Part shown: positions 32,400-46,511 of the stretch, one piece after another
Layout of the letters: the number at the start of each line of letters is the position of its first letter
Position numbering within the stretch: the first letter of the stretch is position 1
Source: the human T2T-CHM13v2.0 reference genome, Homo sapiens
Length of the DNA stretch: 64,000 nt
Strand: one strand, 5' to 3'
Assembly: GCF_009914755.1 (NCBI RefSeq)
Contig: NC_060947.1
Notes under the pieces: generated by a model
The model's database searches: none
Told to the model about the DNA's origin: nothing
The model's input: only the letters and a program-made list of their open reading frames with translations
Program-made: the position numbers and the translations under genes

Positions 32400-34385
32400 T
32401 ATCTATTCCTACTCTGTCCCCTTTCCCTGATGTACTTCTTGAATAAAATATGTTTCTTCTTATCTCAGAGCCCATGTGTAGGCCCAGAAAACTCTTCCTC
32501 CTCTCAATTTGCATGGCAGGCTCCTTTTCATCCTGTAGGTCCAGGTTAAATAGTATCTTTTTAGAAATCCCATCTCCTTTGCTTTCCACGAACACAGAAC
32601 TTTGTGTGTTTTCTTCCTATGACTTCTTATAATTCCCAATTATTTATTTATGTAATTAAAATTATAATGTCTGTCTTCCCCTACTAAACTATAATTGTGG
32701 AAATGAGGAGCTAGTATTATTTAATGCCATCCAAGAAAGGTCAGATTCTCTCCCTTAACTCAGAATCTGGCATTTTAAGACACAGCTAAGAGTAAAGGAA
32801 ACACTTTTGAGTCACACAGAAACCAAGTTCAAATCCCAGATCAGAATAACTGCATATGACCTTGGACTTCCTCATATGCGAATAGTGGATACCATCACCT
32901 ACCTCACTGGGTGGGTAGGATTATATTCTTGTAAAACAAACTAGAATCATGTTTAGTATGTAAAGGAAGCTGCACAAGTGATAGATAGGGTTAATCTTCT
33001 TTCTGGATTAAGAGATATCCAGTCTTCATAAGAAGCACTCTTACAATCATACTGCTTAGTTTGCTATGTATTCACAAGTACAGGTGAATTGATTAACTTG
33101 CAAGAGTTAGTTGCAAGTCTCTAACAGTCAACACTTCATACTCAATTCTACTCTAGATCCAACCCTGTGGTGGGCATGGTGAGATTCTATCTCACTTCTA
33201 AGAATTCCCTTGATGAAAATCAGTTTCTCCAAACAGGTAGGTATACCTCCGCTGTACTTTCTCTGTCACTTCCTTTCTCCGTACTTTCTTCGTTGCATTC
33301 CTTATTCGAAGTGGTTTAGCATTAGTTGTTTCTATGTGTCTGAGTTTATCTCCCACTAGATTTTGGCAGAATAATAATAATAGAAAAATGATAAGAGCAA
33401 ATATATCTCTAACACTTAACTATCATATTTCATCTAAGTTGCCACAAATTTTCAGATACAACAATATTTTTTATGCCACTAGCACATTAAATGTGCTGCC
33501 AAATAAACAATGATATGTCATTGATAGCTAAGAGTCATACTTATTTGGGAAATATTAAAATATGGGAAGAGACTGGGCTTCTTAAAATTGTTGAAACATG
33601 ATCTGTGTTAGGCACTGTTCTAAGCACTTTATATTTATTAAGTTATTTAACCCTCACAATAACCCAATACGGCAGGTATGTTATGCTGCCTCCTCATTAC
33701 TGTTCTCCATCTCCTTTGGCACCACCATAGATGAAGTCATCATTATTATCTCTCACACCTAATTCTCCCTCTATAGCTACTTTTGACTTCTTTGACAATA
33801 AATCCATTGCCTGCTGCCAGAATCAGCTTTGAAACCTGCAAATCTGACTATGTCATTCCCTGTTTAAAGTCCTTTAATGACTCCTCTATGACCTTGGAAT
33901 AAGGCCCAAACACTGCATTGTACTCTGTATCTCTATTTTCACATCTCATTCTGTACACTCCAGCCATACTGACCTTCTCTTACTTCCTAGAATGCAGCAT
34001 GAATTTTGCCATTATCAGGGCCTTCATGCAACCTTTTCCCTCTCCCTGGAATATTCTTACCCATCTCTCTCCCTATCACTACTGAAATGGCAAACAGCTA
34101 TAGATCTTTACATTCTAAGCTTGAACATTACTTCATTAAAGAAAATTTACCTGTCATGTTCCCCACTAACCTAGGTCTGCTTTTTAATTTCTTTATAACA
34201 CTTTCTGCTACTTTTCCACAGCATTCGGCTCACCGGAAAATTACTTTTTCAAAGTATGCCTTCCCTTTTAGATTGCGAACTCCAAAAAAGCAGGGGCCAG
34301 GTCTATCTGAGTCACCATTATATCCTTAACTTCTAGCACAGTCAGCTGATATATTTCATATACTCAATAAATAGATGCTAAAATG
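32400..34385. mobile_element. Cluster of L2 and MIR fragments
   Basis: MIR-like 32790-32980 (ccaagttcaaatcccag) and 33600-33680 (ggcactgttctaagcacttt). L2-like 33690-34385 (aaatctgactatgtcattccctgtttaaa...tactcaataaata). Confidence 0.6.
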
Positions 34386-37300
34386 AAAGCTAAAACTTTC
34401 TGTTTCTCACCAAGAAAACAACGAATGCCCAAGGAAGAGGTTCATGAAGTGGAATTTGAATTTATCTGAGTTCTGCAGAGATCAATAACACAAGAGATCT
34501 AATAAGCAAACACTGAATTTGTCAGCTCTGGCCACAACATCTACAGCCAAATCCTGGCTGGCGCTTCAGCACACCAAAACATCTGGAGAGCTGTCACCCA
34601 TCCATATATATTGCTTATATTACCCTAAACATCTTTTTATGAGAATACAGGTAATAGCTAAAAGTATTCTTGTACTTGCCCCTGCAATGTACTTGGCAAA
34701 GCAATGACGCCACTTAGAGATTCACAGACCTACCAATTAGATACAATAATTTAAGAAGTAAATCACCAAGGAAGGAGAGACACCCTGTCTCATTTGTATA
34801 ATCTCCGCAGGCTGCTGGCCCAATATACAACTGGCCCCGTCCTAACAGTGCACTGACTCATAGTCCCTTCTAACTCAGCACCCAGATTCCAAAACATGCA
34901 CCCTGCAGACAGTGATTCAGAGCCCTGGCTGCTATGCGGTGGCGTCCCTCCTCTCATCCAAAGAGCTACTCTCAATAGTAGTCCCTGGGGCTGCAGTCAG
35001 ACAGATGAAGCTGTACGCTAAAGAGTAACTGCAGATTTGTAGTTTGTCCCCAGGGTACAGGAGCTATAAACAGGAATGTGCAATGTGCATAGTTCAGGCA
35101 ACCTGCCTTTATCTAAAAGTGGAGAATCTGCAGACTAGACACAAAAACAGAGGAAGGTTGCATTAATATATACCAATTTCAGCCTCCAGCCCCCACTGAG
35201 CATATAACCAGGAGCATTGTTGTAGCATAGATACTGCCCAGGATCCCCAAATGCTTGTGGAAACTGTGTCATTTATAGATTCCTAAACAGGCACTCAGAA
35301 AGCAGGAGGCAATCACTCCACAAGTAAAGATGACAGTGAGTTCTAAAATTGAGTATTTACTTATTTCTGCTTGGGTGTTAATGCAGCTGGAATGCCACTT
35401 GTACAATGAGATACTTTTTTTGCAAACATTTGGCAAGCATACACCCACTACTCAAGAGCAAGAGAGGTTTTTTCTCAAGTTAGTCCCAGCTGAAAACTGA
35501 GAAAGATGGATTGAAAGCAAGCCAGAAATTGAAGAAAAACAATAGACCACTGAAAATGAAGAATGCACTTAATGGGTCACCAATGTGGAAAGCAAAGAAA
35601 GAAAATGGAGTGACTGATTATGGGATCCCAGCACAAGAACACAGCCAAGCCCTTGTGTCACTGGAATAAAGCAGAAGATTGGAGATTAAATATGAAAGAA
35701 TTGAATTAAAAGAGAGGTAAGAACGATATCTGAGTCCCCATAGGTGAGTGAGACAGGTCAGGAAAACTGGTAGGAAATAAATTTAAAGAAGGAAATGCAG
35801 GGAAAAGTACAAGTTCAGCCAGACTTCCTAGTGTTTGCTAAATATTCCTTCCACTACTTCTATTAATCTACCTCCAATATACCTCTCAAACCCATGGTCT
35901 CTCTCTCCCTCCCTCCCTCCCTCTCTTTCTCCAGATTACCATTTTAGCCAAAGCAGCATTACTGGCCTCACATTCACTTCAGCCGCCCTTCTGCAGCATT
36001 AACCTATTCTTCACACAGCAACCAGAGGGGGCCATAAAAATGCGAATCAGATTGCTTTACTCCCTTGCTTAAAACTATTCAAAGGCTCCCTACTGCTCTT
36101 GAGGGAAAGACTAAACTCCTGAATTTGACCTACAAGGTCCTTTAAGATCTAGCCAAATCACGCCTTCCCACCTTAGAGATGACCTCAAACCATGGCAAAA
36201 CCTCCATTGGCTCCATTCACCCCTCCTGAAACAATCAGAAACATTGTCTTCAACCTAAAAATAGTTGTTTTGTCATCTAATTTTCCTATTTCCATTTAAA
36301 GTTCAAACATCAATCTGGCAACCACAACTTCTTCACACTCCTGTCTTCTCTTCTTCCTGTCTGTCACAATAAGACTCTCCTCCTGAGGTAACCATTGCCA
36401 CTCACCTGACCTACAAAACTTCCTTTGATACCAATGGGGGCCCTAGGTTTAGGCAAGTCCAATGTTCCTGATCCCAGAGTCAAAAACACCTGTCTGCTTA
36501 ACCTAACCTGAGTGGATCCATATCTCTGTTGCTTCACAACATAGACTGATACTCAGATATGTGAATGTTGCAATCTATGATTACAGATTAAGTATAGAAA
36601 ACTAATCATAGAGAATTCTTCATAACTAAGTTCCCAAATGTTGAGTAGCCATTATTTGAAGGAGAATTTATTATCCATCTAAAAATCCTGAAGGATTATC
36701 ATGTCAAGCTAGTAATTTGAGTTCACACAGGAAAAAAATCCCCCTCTCTCAGCTTCAAACATAGAATATAGTGATGACAACTAAATCATAAAACATACAT
36801 TAAAAAATAAAAACACAACCACAACTGTTAAAGAAAAAATAAAATATGTCCATGCAGCTGAAACAGAAAAATGAACTCAGCAATAGGCTGGGGATGGGGT
36901 TGGAGAGAATAAAACCACTTACCCACTGGGAAACAGGAAGAGGCAGCCAGAAGTTCAAGTACTGTGGGGTAACATAAACCAATAATATTGAATATATGGT
37001 AGGGTAGCAAAGCTAGATCACTGCAGGAAACCAGACGATGAGGCAGGGAACTCCTAGGCAGAATAACTCTAAAAATGCTATGACCAGCCCAGGAAGCTGA
37101 GACTGGCAACTGGGGTGTTGCCCAGGTAGGCAGTAGAGATAGTTATGCAACTAAGACTTGCATCACGCCAAGCACTGCCTCAAAAACTTGACCTTTGATA
37201 TCTTCAAGGAATAAAAGCCCCAAACTGACAACATAAAAAGTGGTTCTGAACTAGGGACTGATCACAGTATTGCATCTATGAAAAAAGGACAAGTTGCCAT

Positions 37301-38136
37301 AAAAAAAGGAAATTCAAAGGATATATATTTTTAAATCATTACAGTGTAAAATCATAATACGGGAAATGCAAAACTCTATAGAAGTGTGGGGAGATAAAGT
37401 TGAAGATATCTTCCAAAATATACAGCATTTAGACAATGAGATGGACAATAGAAAATGTAAGAAAATAATAAAATCAGCCTAGTAGGGCCAATATTAAAAT
37501 AGTAGGAGGGAAAGGGAAAGAGATACAGATAGGGACAAAGAGCTAGTGTGAGAATGAGTAAATGAGAGGGAAAGAAAGAATAGCAATGAAATAATTCAAA
37601 AAAAAATCCCATAGGCTTTTTTTGAAAGTCAACTGAATATCAGCACAATGGATGAAAATAGATCCACAAGAACCTACAACAGTGTTAGAACACAACAGAT
37701 GAAAAGAATATCCTACATGTTTCAAGAGAAAGAAAGACGAAATTGAGCACAGATGTTCAAGAATAATTTCAGATTTCCTAGCAGATACTCTGGAAGCTAG
37801 AAGGTAGTGGAGCAATGTTTTCAACTCAAGAGAAACAGGAAGGAAATCTAAGGATAGTGATGGAGATTCCAGGATGATATCTATGAACAAAGCAGAGAGA
37901 GAAGCCAGTCCAAATTTTAATAGGGGAAAAGAGTAAAGAAACAATTTCAATAAGAAGATAAAACTAATAAAATATCTTTTATGTCTGCATTTACTGAGAA
38001 AACATGTCAACACTGGAAGAGAGTTTGAGCTTGAAGTAGTGATAAGTAGTACATAAATGATAAGCACATTTTAAAAAGACAATTATTCCAGTGAAAACTA
38101 AACTTTGCACAGAAAATGAAAAGTAATGCTCTTATA

Positions 38137-38650
38137 TATGGTAGGCAGAATAATGGCCTTCCAAAGATGTGAATGTCCTAATCCCCAGAACCTGTAAGCA
38201 TGTTATGCTACTGGACAAAAAGTGATTAAATAGCAGATGGAATGAAGGATGCTAATTAGTTAACCTTATAATAGATTATTTGGATTATCTGAGTAAACAC
38301 AATGTAATCACAAGGGTCCTTAAAAGTGGAAGTGGGAGGGAGAAGAGTCAGAAGTGGGAGGCAGAAAAGTCAGTGTCAGAGTGATACGATGTGAAAACGA
38401 CTTGCCTGGTCATTGCTGACTTTGAAGATGGGGGAAGGGACCAGGAGCAAAGGAATGCAGGAAGTCTCTAGAAGCCGGAAAAGTCAAGAAAACAAGTTCT
38501 CCTCAGAGCTTCCAAAAAGGAACACAGCCCTGCCAATGTCTTGATTTTAGCCCTGGAAAACCTGCAAAACTATTTAAAAACTAAAACTGTGTTGTTTTCA
38601 GTCACTAAGTTTGTGGTAATTTGTTACAGCAGCAATGGTAAACTAATACA
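38137..38650 (+). mobile_element. MaLR solo LTR, MLT1D-like
   Basis: tggtaggcagaataatggcc...cctaatccccagaacctg...ggtaatttgttacagcagcaatggtaaactaataca. Confidence 0.88.
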
Positions 38651-40691
38651 ACATGTTATCTGGCTCAGCTGTAAGTGGCACTGATATGGTCATAATAACA
38701 TAAACAAAAAATTAAATCGAAGTTATACTGAAATTAAAAGAGTATGGGGATGGGAGAAGAAACTTATATATGTTGTACAAGTAGGGCAGATTTCAAAGAA
38801 TCTGAACACTTATCTTCCAGAGTAGGAAATTAATAAATTTGCATAAACATTTTAAATTAAGATGGATCAGTATATGCATGTTATTTAGAAATACGGTATA
38901 AATACCAAAAGAATAATCTGAAATGGTGGAACACGGTTGCTTCTAGGAAGCTGGGCAGGGATCTGCTGTTGTTTTTAACAAATCTTGGAGAAATATTTGA
39001 TTTTAAATTAAGACCTCATATACTTTTAACAAAAAGCAAACTTTAAAAAAAAATCATATGCTTTCAACAAAAAACAAAACTTGTTCAAAATCATAAAAGA
39101 ATATTATGAACAACTTTAGCCATTACGTTCAAAAACTGAAGAAATTGACAATTCCCTAGGAAAACAAATAGCAAATAGCAAACAAAAAACAAAACTAAAT
39201 GGATTAGAACAGAAATTGAACCAGGAGGCTAAACATCAAATCTCCCTCCTAACACTCTGCATACAATAAAAAAAGAATGGGATCACACCAGGATCTAAAA
39301 TCAGTTTTATTAAACTAATAAAAAATAATTAATTCTTATCTTCTGCAAACAGTTCCAGAAACTGGAAAAAGATGAAAGCTATAAAAACTACCTTTTAGCT
39401 TAATGCAATATTCTTATCAAAATTGAACAGTATTGGTAATATCAACCTAAGAACCTAGATACAGTTTTTTAAAGGGAAAACAAATAAATCTAGCCACATA
39501 TGATCTGTAATCAAGCAGATTTTTCTCTGAAATGAAAGGAGAGCTTAATATTGAATAACCTATCAGTGCAATTCACAGTTCCAAAAAAGATGAAGGAGAG
39601 AAAAGGAGTTGAATTACCACTAGTAATTTTTTAAAATAGATTAACATATTATAAAAAAAAGAAGTATAGGAGCATCTCAACAGATGAAGAAAAAAATCAT
39701 GCAATGAAATTTTCCTCTCATTCATGGTAGAAATCTTAGCAAATTAGAAATACAATGAAACTTATTTTATTTGATGAATAATATCTACCAAAAAACCTAG
39801 AGGAAATACCATACACAATGGAGACACATTAGAAACAATCTCACTCAAGTCAGAAACAAGACAAAGACTGCCCCATGCCTATCAGTAACCAATGTTTTAT
39901 TGTGTATCTTAGCCAAAATAACAAGAAAAGAAATAATACCTTAACATAAGGATCTTAAAAGGAGGGCAAAATCGTTTTCATTTGTAGGAGAAATGAAAAA
40001 AATTCAAAAGAATCAACAAATTATAAGAATGAATAAGAATTTTCAAGAATACTAGATGCAAGACCAACTTACAGATATCAATTAGAAAATATAATAGAAA
40101 AAACAGCCACAAAACAAAAATATGATTATCAAAAACTATGTAATGTAGCTTAAAAAGTGCAGATAGGGGTAGTTACAGCATTAAATCTTATATTAGATAA
40201 GAAAAACTCAATGGTTTAAAATTCCACTTTAAGACACATGAAAATGAAGAGCAAATTAAACTCAAAGCAAACAAAAGGAAGGAAATAATAAAAATAAGAG
40301 CAGAATTCAATGAAATAGAATGAAGGAAGACCAAAAAAAAAAAAAAAAATCAATGAAACTAAGAGCTGGTTCTTTGAAAAGATCAATAAAAGTAGTAAAC
40401 TTTTACACAGATAATGAGAAAAAAAAAGAAAACAAAAATTAACATTTATTAGAAATGAAGACAAGTGGGTCACTACAGATCTTACAAAAATTAAAAGGAT
40501 AATAAGAAAATATAACAAATTTATGGAAATGAATTTAATAATGTAGATGAAACAGGCAGAATATTTGCAAGACATAATATCAGCTCTCACTTGAGAAGAA
40601 ATAGATAATCTATAGCTTTTTATCTATTAAATATATTAAATGTATAAATTCACAGTTAAAAACCTTGGCTCAACTGGTGAATTACACCAAG

Positions 40692-41087
40692 TGTGATGGT
40701 CAATACTGAGTGTCAACTTGATTGTATTGAAGGATGCAAAGTATTGATCCTGGGTGTATCTGTGAGGGTGTTGCCAAAGGAGATTAACATTTGAGTCAGT
40801 GGGCTGGGGAAGTCAGACCCACCTTTAATCTAGTGGGCACAATCTAATCAGCTGCCAACGAATGTAAAGCAGGCAGAAAAACATTAAGAAGCGAGACTAG
40901 CCTAGCCTCGCAGCCTACATCTTTCTCCCATGCTGGATGCTTCCTGCCCTCAAACATAGGACTCCAAGTTCTTCAGTTTTGAGACTCGGACTGACTCTCC
41001 TTGTTCCTCAAGCTTGCAGACAGCCTATTGTGGGACCTTGTAATCATGGAAGTTAATACTTAATAAACTCCCCCTCTGACTAATACA
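40692..41087 (+). mobile_element. ERVL solo LTR, MLT2A1-like, internally deleted near its 3' end
   Basis: tgtgatggtcaatactgagtgtcaacttgatt...gactaataca with a perfect 5-bp TSD CCAAG (40687-40691, 41088-41092). Confidence 0.92.
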
Positions 41088-41778
41088 CCAAGTACTTAAG
41101 GAAGAAAGAATACTAATTCTACACAAGCTGTTTCACAAAAGACGGAAAAAACACTTCCCACCTCATTTTATGAGACTAGAGTGACTCTTTTCCAAAACCA
41201 AATAAATGCATTATAAGAAAAGAAAATTAAAGACCAATATATCTAATGAATGCAGACACAAAAAAAACTGTAAATAAAAATAAGCCGAGATATATATAAC
41301 AAGAATAATACATCATGACCAAATAGAATGGTTCTATGGGAAATGGTAGAATGGTTCAACACTTAAAAGTCAATCACTGTAATTCACCATAGCAATAGAC
41401 TTAGAAAGATCGTTTCAATAGATACATAAAAAGCATTTTAAAAAATTCAAGATCATCAGCATACATTCATGATAAAAATCCCTCACCAAACTATGGATAG
41501 AAGGGAACTCCCTCAAACTTATAAATGGTATGTGATAAAAATCCAAAGATGGCACCACAGTTAATGGCGAAAGACTGAATATTTCCTGCAATAAAATGAA
41601 GATCAAGGCAAGGAGATCTGCTGTACACTTCCATTCAACATTCTACTAGAGGTCCTATCCAGTTAAAATACAGTAAAAATAAAATAAAATAATATAAATA
41701 CAGCAAGAAAAAAAGATATGATTTGGAAAATAGGAATTAAAACTGTGTTTACTACCAGACAGCATACTCATCTGTGTA

Positions 41779-42380
41779 GAAATTAGTTCAGCCACTGTGG
41801 AAGACAGAGTGGCAATTCCTCAAGGATCTAGAACTAGAAATACCATTTGACCCAGCAATCCCATTACTGAGTATATACCCAAAGGATTATAAATCACTCT
41901 ACTATAAAGGTGCATGCACACGTTTGTTTATTGCGGCACTGTTCACAATAGCAAAGACTTGGTACCAACCCAAATGCCCAGCAGTGATAGACTGGATGAA
42001 GAAAATGTGGCACATATACACCAGGGAATACTATGCCGCCATAACAAAGGGTGAGTTCATGTCCTTTGCAGGGACATGGATGAAGCTGGAAACCATCATT
42101 CTCAGCAAACTAACACAAGAACAGAAAACCAAACATCACATGTTCTCACTCATAAGGGGGAGTTGAACAATGAGAACACATGGACATAGGGAGGGGAACA
42201 TCACACACCGGGGCCTGTCAGGGGGTGGGGGGCTAGGGGAGGGATAGCATTAGGAGAAATACCTAATGCAGATGACAGGTTGATGGATGCAGCAAACTTC
42301 ATGGCACATGTATACCTATGTAACAAACCTGCACATTCTGCACATGTGCCCCAGAACTTAAAGTAAAGGAATAATAATAA
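41779..42380 (+). mobile_element. L1PA7-like 3' fragment
   Basis: ORF 41924-42166 (ORF2 C-terminus); 3' UTR ggggctaggggagggatagcattaggagaaatacc. Confidence 0.85.
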
Positions 42381-42934
42381 AATACAGAAAATACCAAGAA
42401 TCTAAAAACAAACAAAACAACTACTAGAACTAGTAATTAAGTTTTATAAGTTCATAAGATACAATATCAATAGACAAAAATTAATTGTATTGCTATGCAC
42501 TAATAATAAATATCAGAAGTTAAAATTTATAAATTACCATTTATAATAGCATCAAAAAGCACGTATTACTTAAGATAAATTTCACAAAATATATGCAAGA
42601 TCTATACACTGAAATATACAAAACATTGTTAAGATAATTTAAAGAAGAAATAAACAATAAAACGTTATACCATCTTAATGTATCAGGAGACTCAAGGTAG
42701 TTAAGATGTCATTTCTTCCCAAATTGACCTAAAGATTTAACTCAATCCCAATAAATCTTTCAGTAGCATTTTTGGAGGAGAAAGGGAAAAGCTGGCTGAT
42801 CAATTTATCTGGAAATACAAAGGACCTAGGATAGCCAAAGACAGTTTTTAATTGTTTTTCAAAAATAATTTTTAAATGAAGAACAAAGTTAAAGGATCCA
42901 CAATGCTTTACTTCAAGATTTACGAAAATGCTAT

Positions 42935-43119
42935 TGCAGTTTCTCAACCTCAACAATATTAACATTTTGGGGCAGAGCAATACTTTATTGTTTGGGTAGC
43001 TGCCTGGCCTCTACCCACAATATGCCAGGAGCATGTCCCTCCATTTGTGGTAACCAAAAATGTCTCCAGACATTGCCAAATGTCCCTGGGGGGAATATTG
43101 CCCCAGTTGGGAACCACTG
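42935..43119. mobile_element. MER20 (hAT-Charlie)
   Basis: cagtttctcaacctc...aaaaatgtctccagacattgccaaatgtccctggg...gggaaccactg. Confidence 0.88.
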
Positions 43120-45744
43120 AATTATAATAATTGATGCAGCATGTTAGTTTCAAGGTTACACAAACAGATCAAATAAACAGAATAGAGTCCAGAAGTAGAT
43201 CCATCCATACACAGTCAGTTGATTTTGGACAAGGGTGCCAAGGTAATTCAATGGGCAAAACATACTCTTGTCAACAAATGGGGCTGGAAAAACTGGACAT
43301 ACATAAGGAAAAATATATTGTATATGCCTGGAACATTACCTTGCTCCAAAGGCAAAAGTCATCTAAACATGCACCAAAGACATAAATCAAAGAACAGAAA
43401 CTACAAAACTCTAGAACAAAACAAGAGAGAATTATTTTGAACTTAATTAATGCAAAGACTTCTTAGAATGCAAAAGGTACAAGTCATAATAGAAAACCCA
43501 TTAAGAAAATGAAAAGACAAGCCACAGAAGGGCAGAAAATATTTCCAAAACACATATCTTCTAAAGAATTTGTATTATATTTAATATTATATATTGTATT
43601 ATAGAATGACCCAATAATAAGAACACAAATATCCCAATTTTAAAATGGGCAAACGATTTGAATGGACATTTCTCCAAATGAGATACACAGATGGCTAATA
43701 AGCACATGAGAAAATGTTCAGTATCATTAGTCATAGGAAAATGCAAATTAAACCACAATGAGCTACCACTACGCACTCACGGGAAAGACTGACAAGGCAG
43801 GATACAAGACTAATCTTCAAAAGTCAATAGCATTCCTATATACTAGCAATGAACAACTGGAATTTGAAATGTAAAATGCACTATTTATGTTACCACCAAA
43901 ATCTGAAATGCTTAGGTATAAATCTAACAAAATATGTATATGATATCTTTAAGGAGACTATAAAACTCTGATAAGAGAAATCAAAGAAGATCTAAATACA
44001 TGGAGAAATATTCCATGGTCATGAATAGGAAGACTCAGTATTGTTGGATAGGAAGATTCATTATTGGTAAGGTCAGTTCTTCTCAACTGATATATACATT
44101 CAATGCAGTCCCAACCAAAATCCCAACAATTTATTTTCTAGATATCAATAAACAGATGCTGAAGTTTATATAGGAAGACAAAAGACCCAGAATAGTAAAC
44201 ACAATACTAAAGAATAGGAATAAAGTTAGAGGACTGACACTACCTGACAGGAAACAAGGCAGTGTAGTGCTGGTAAAAGAATAGATGAATACGTCAGTGG
44301 AACAGAATAGAGACCCCAGAAATAGATAGACCCACATGAATATAGTCAACTGATCCTTGACAAAGAAGCAAAGATAATATAAGGGATAAATGATAGTCTT
44401 TTCAACAAATGGTGCTGGAATAACTGGTCATCCACTTGCAGAAAAAAGATGAATCTTGACAAAGACCTTACATTCTTAACAAAAATTAGCTCAACATGGG
44501 TCATAGCCAGTAAAATACAAAACCAAAAAAGTCCTAGAAGACAAAATAGGGGAAAAGAAAGAATGATCCATGAAAGTAAAAACTGATAAATTGACCTTCA
44601 TTAAAATTTAAGATCTTTGCTCTGTGAAACGCACTGTTAAGAGTATGAAAATACATGCCATAGACTAGGAGAAAATATTTGCAAAACATATATCTAGTAC
44701 AGAACTTATATTGAAAATATATAAAGGACTCTTACACTGAACAATAAGAAAACAGCCCCGTTAAAAATGAGCAAAAGAACTGAAGAGACAGCTCAGCAAA
44801 ACAGATAAGATTGCAAATAAGCATGCAAAAAGATGCTCAACTCGTATGTCGCTAGGGAATTGAAGACTACAGCAACAATGAAGTATCACTACACACCTAT
44901 TAGAATGTCCAAAATCCAAAATGTAGACAACACCAAATGCTAGTAAACATGTGGAGCAACAGGAATGCTCATTTATTGCTGATGGCAGTGCAAAATGATA
45001 TAGCCACTTTGGAAGACAGTCAGGCAGTTTCTTACAAAGCTAAACATAGTTTTACCATATGATCCAGCAATTGCACTCCTCGGTATTTACCCAAATGAGT
45101 TGAAAACTTATATCCACACAAAAACCTGCTTACAAACACTTATAGCAGCTTTATTCATAATTGCCAAAACTTGGAAGTAACCAAGATGTCCTTCAGTAGG
45201 TGAATGGATAAACAAACTGTGGTACAGCCTATGTGTCTATCCACACAATTGAATATTATTCAGCAATAAAAAGAAATGAGTTATCAAGCCATGATAATAC
45301 ATGGAAAAATCTTAAATACATATTGTCAAGTGAAAGAAGCCAGCCTTAAAAGCTACATACTGTAAAATTTCAACTATATGACATTTTGGAAAAGGCAAAA
45401 CATTAAAGAGAGTGAAAAGATCAGTGGTTGCTAGAGGTTCAGGCTGGAGGGAGGGATGAACAGGTATATAACAGGAGATTTTTTAGGGCAGAGAAACTAT
45501 TCTATATTATACAATAATGGTGGATATATGTTATACATTGTCAAAATTCATAGAACTGTAGAACACAAAGAGTGTGCACAAATGCAAGCTATAGACGTGA
45601 GTTAATAATAATATATCAATATCAGTTTATCAGTTGTAACAAATGCACCACATTAAAGACGTTAATAATAAGGGAAACTGGGGTGGGGGATGGGGTAACT
45701 CCGTTGAATTTTTTTGTAAATCCGAAACTGTTCTAAAATAAAGT

Positions 45745-46057
45745 TTATTATTATTATTATTATTATTTTTTGAGATGAAGTCTCACTCTGTCACCCAGGC
45801 TGGAGTGCAGCGGCACAATCTCAGCTCACTGCAAACTCCACCTCCCAGTTTCAAGTGATTTGATTCTCCTGCCTCAGTCTCCCGAGTAGCTGAGATTACA
45901 GACGCCTGCCACCACACCAGGCTAATTTTTGTATTTTTAGTAGAGACGGGGTTTCACCATGTTGGCCAGGCTGGTCTCGAACTCCTGACCTCAAGTGATT
46001 CACCTGCCACGGCCTCCAAAGCACTGGGATTACAGGCATGAGCCACCGTGCCTGGTC
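45745..46057 (-). mobile_element. AluS
   Basis: (TTA)n/T tail then reverse-complement dimer with ctcctgacctcaagtgat. Confidence 0.92.
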
Positions 46058-46511
46058 TAGTTTTTTAAAGATGAAAATACCAAGTGGTGGTGGGGATAAT
46101 GAGCAGCTGAGACTCTTACACACTGCCGGTGGGAATGCAAAATTATATAGCCACTTTGGAGAATAGCTTGACAATTTCTTATAAAGTTAGACATTTACTT
46201 TGCATATAACCCCAGGAGTCCCCTTCTAGGTATTTACCTAGCATAAATAAAAATATATGTGAAGCAAAAACCTGTACAAGAACATTTATAACAGCATTGC
46301 GACATGGCTAAATAGTGGGAAAAAAACAAATGTCCCTAAACTGTTGAATGAATAAATTACTCAGCAATAATAAAGAATAAACAATAATGAAAATATGCAA
46401 AAACATGGATGAATCCTAAAAGTAAGTGCTAATTAGAAGAAGCCAGACACAAAAGACTACATACCAAATGTTTCCATTGATGTGATAGCATAAAAGAAAC
46501 AACACTTTGAG

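Noticed and set aside
36399-36410. Perfect minus-strand donor CAG|GTGAGT
   Set aside because: No convincing acceptor or polypyrimidine tract at exon distance; expected by chance in 57 kb.
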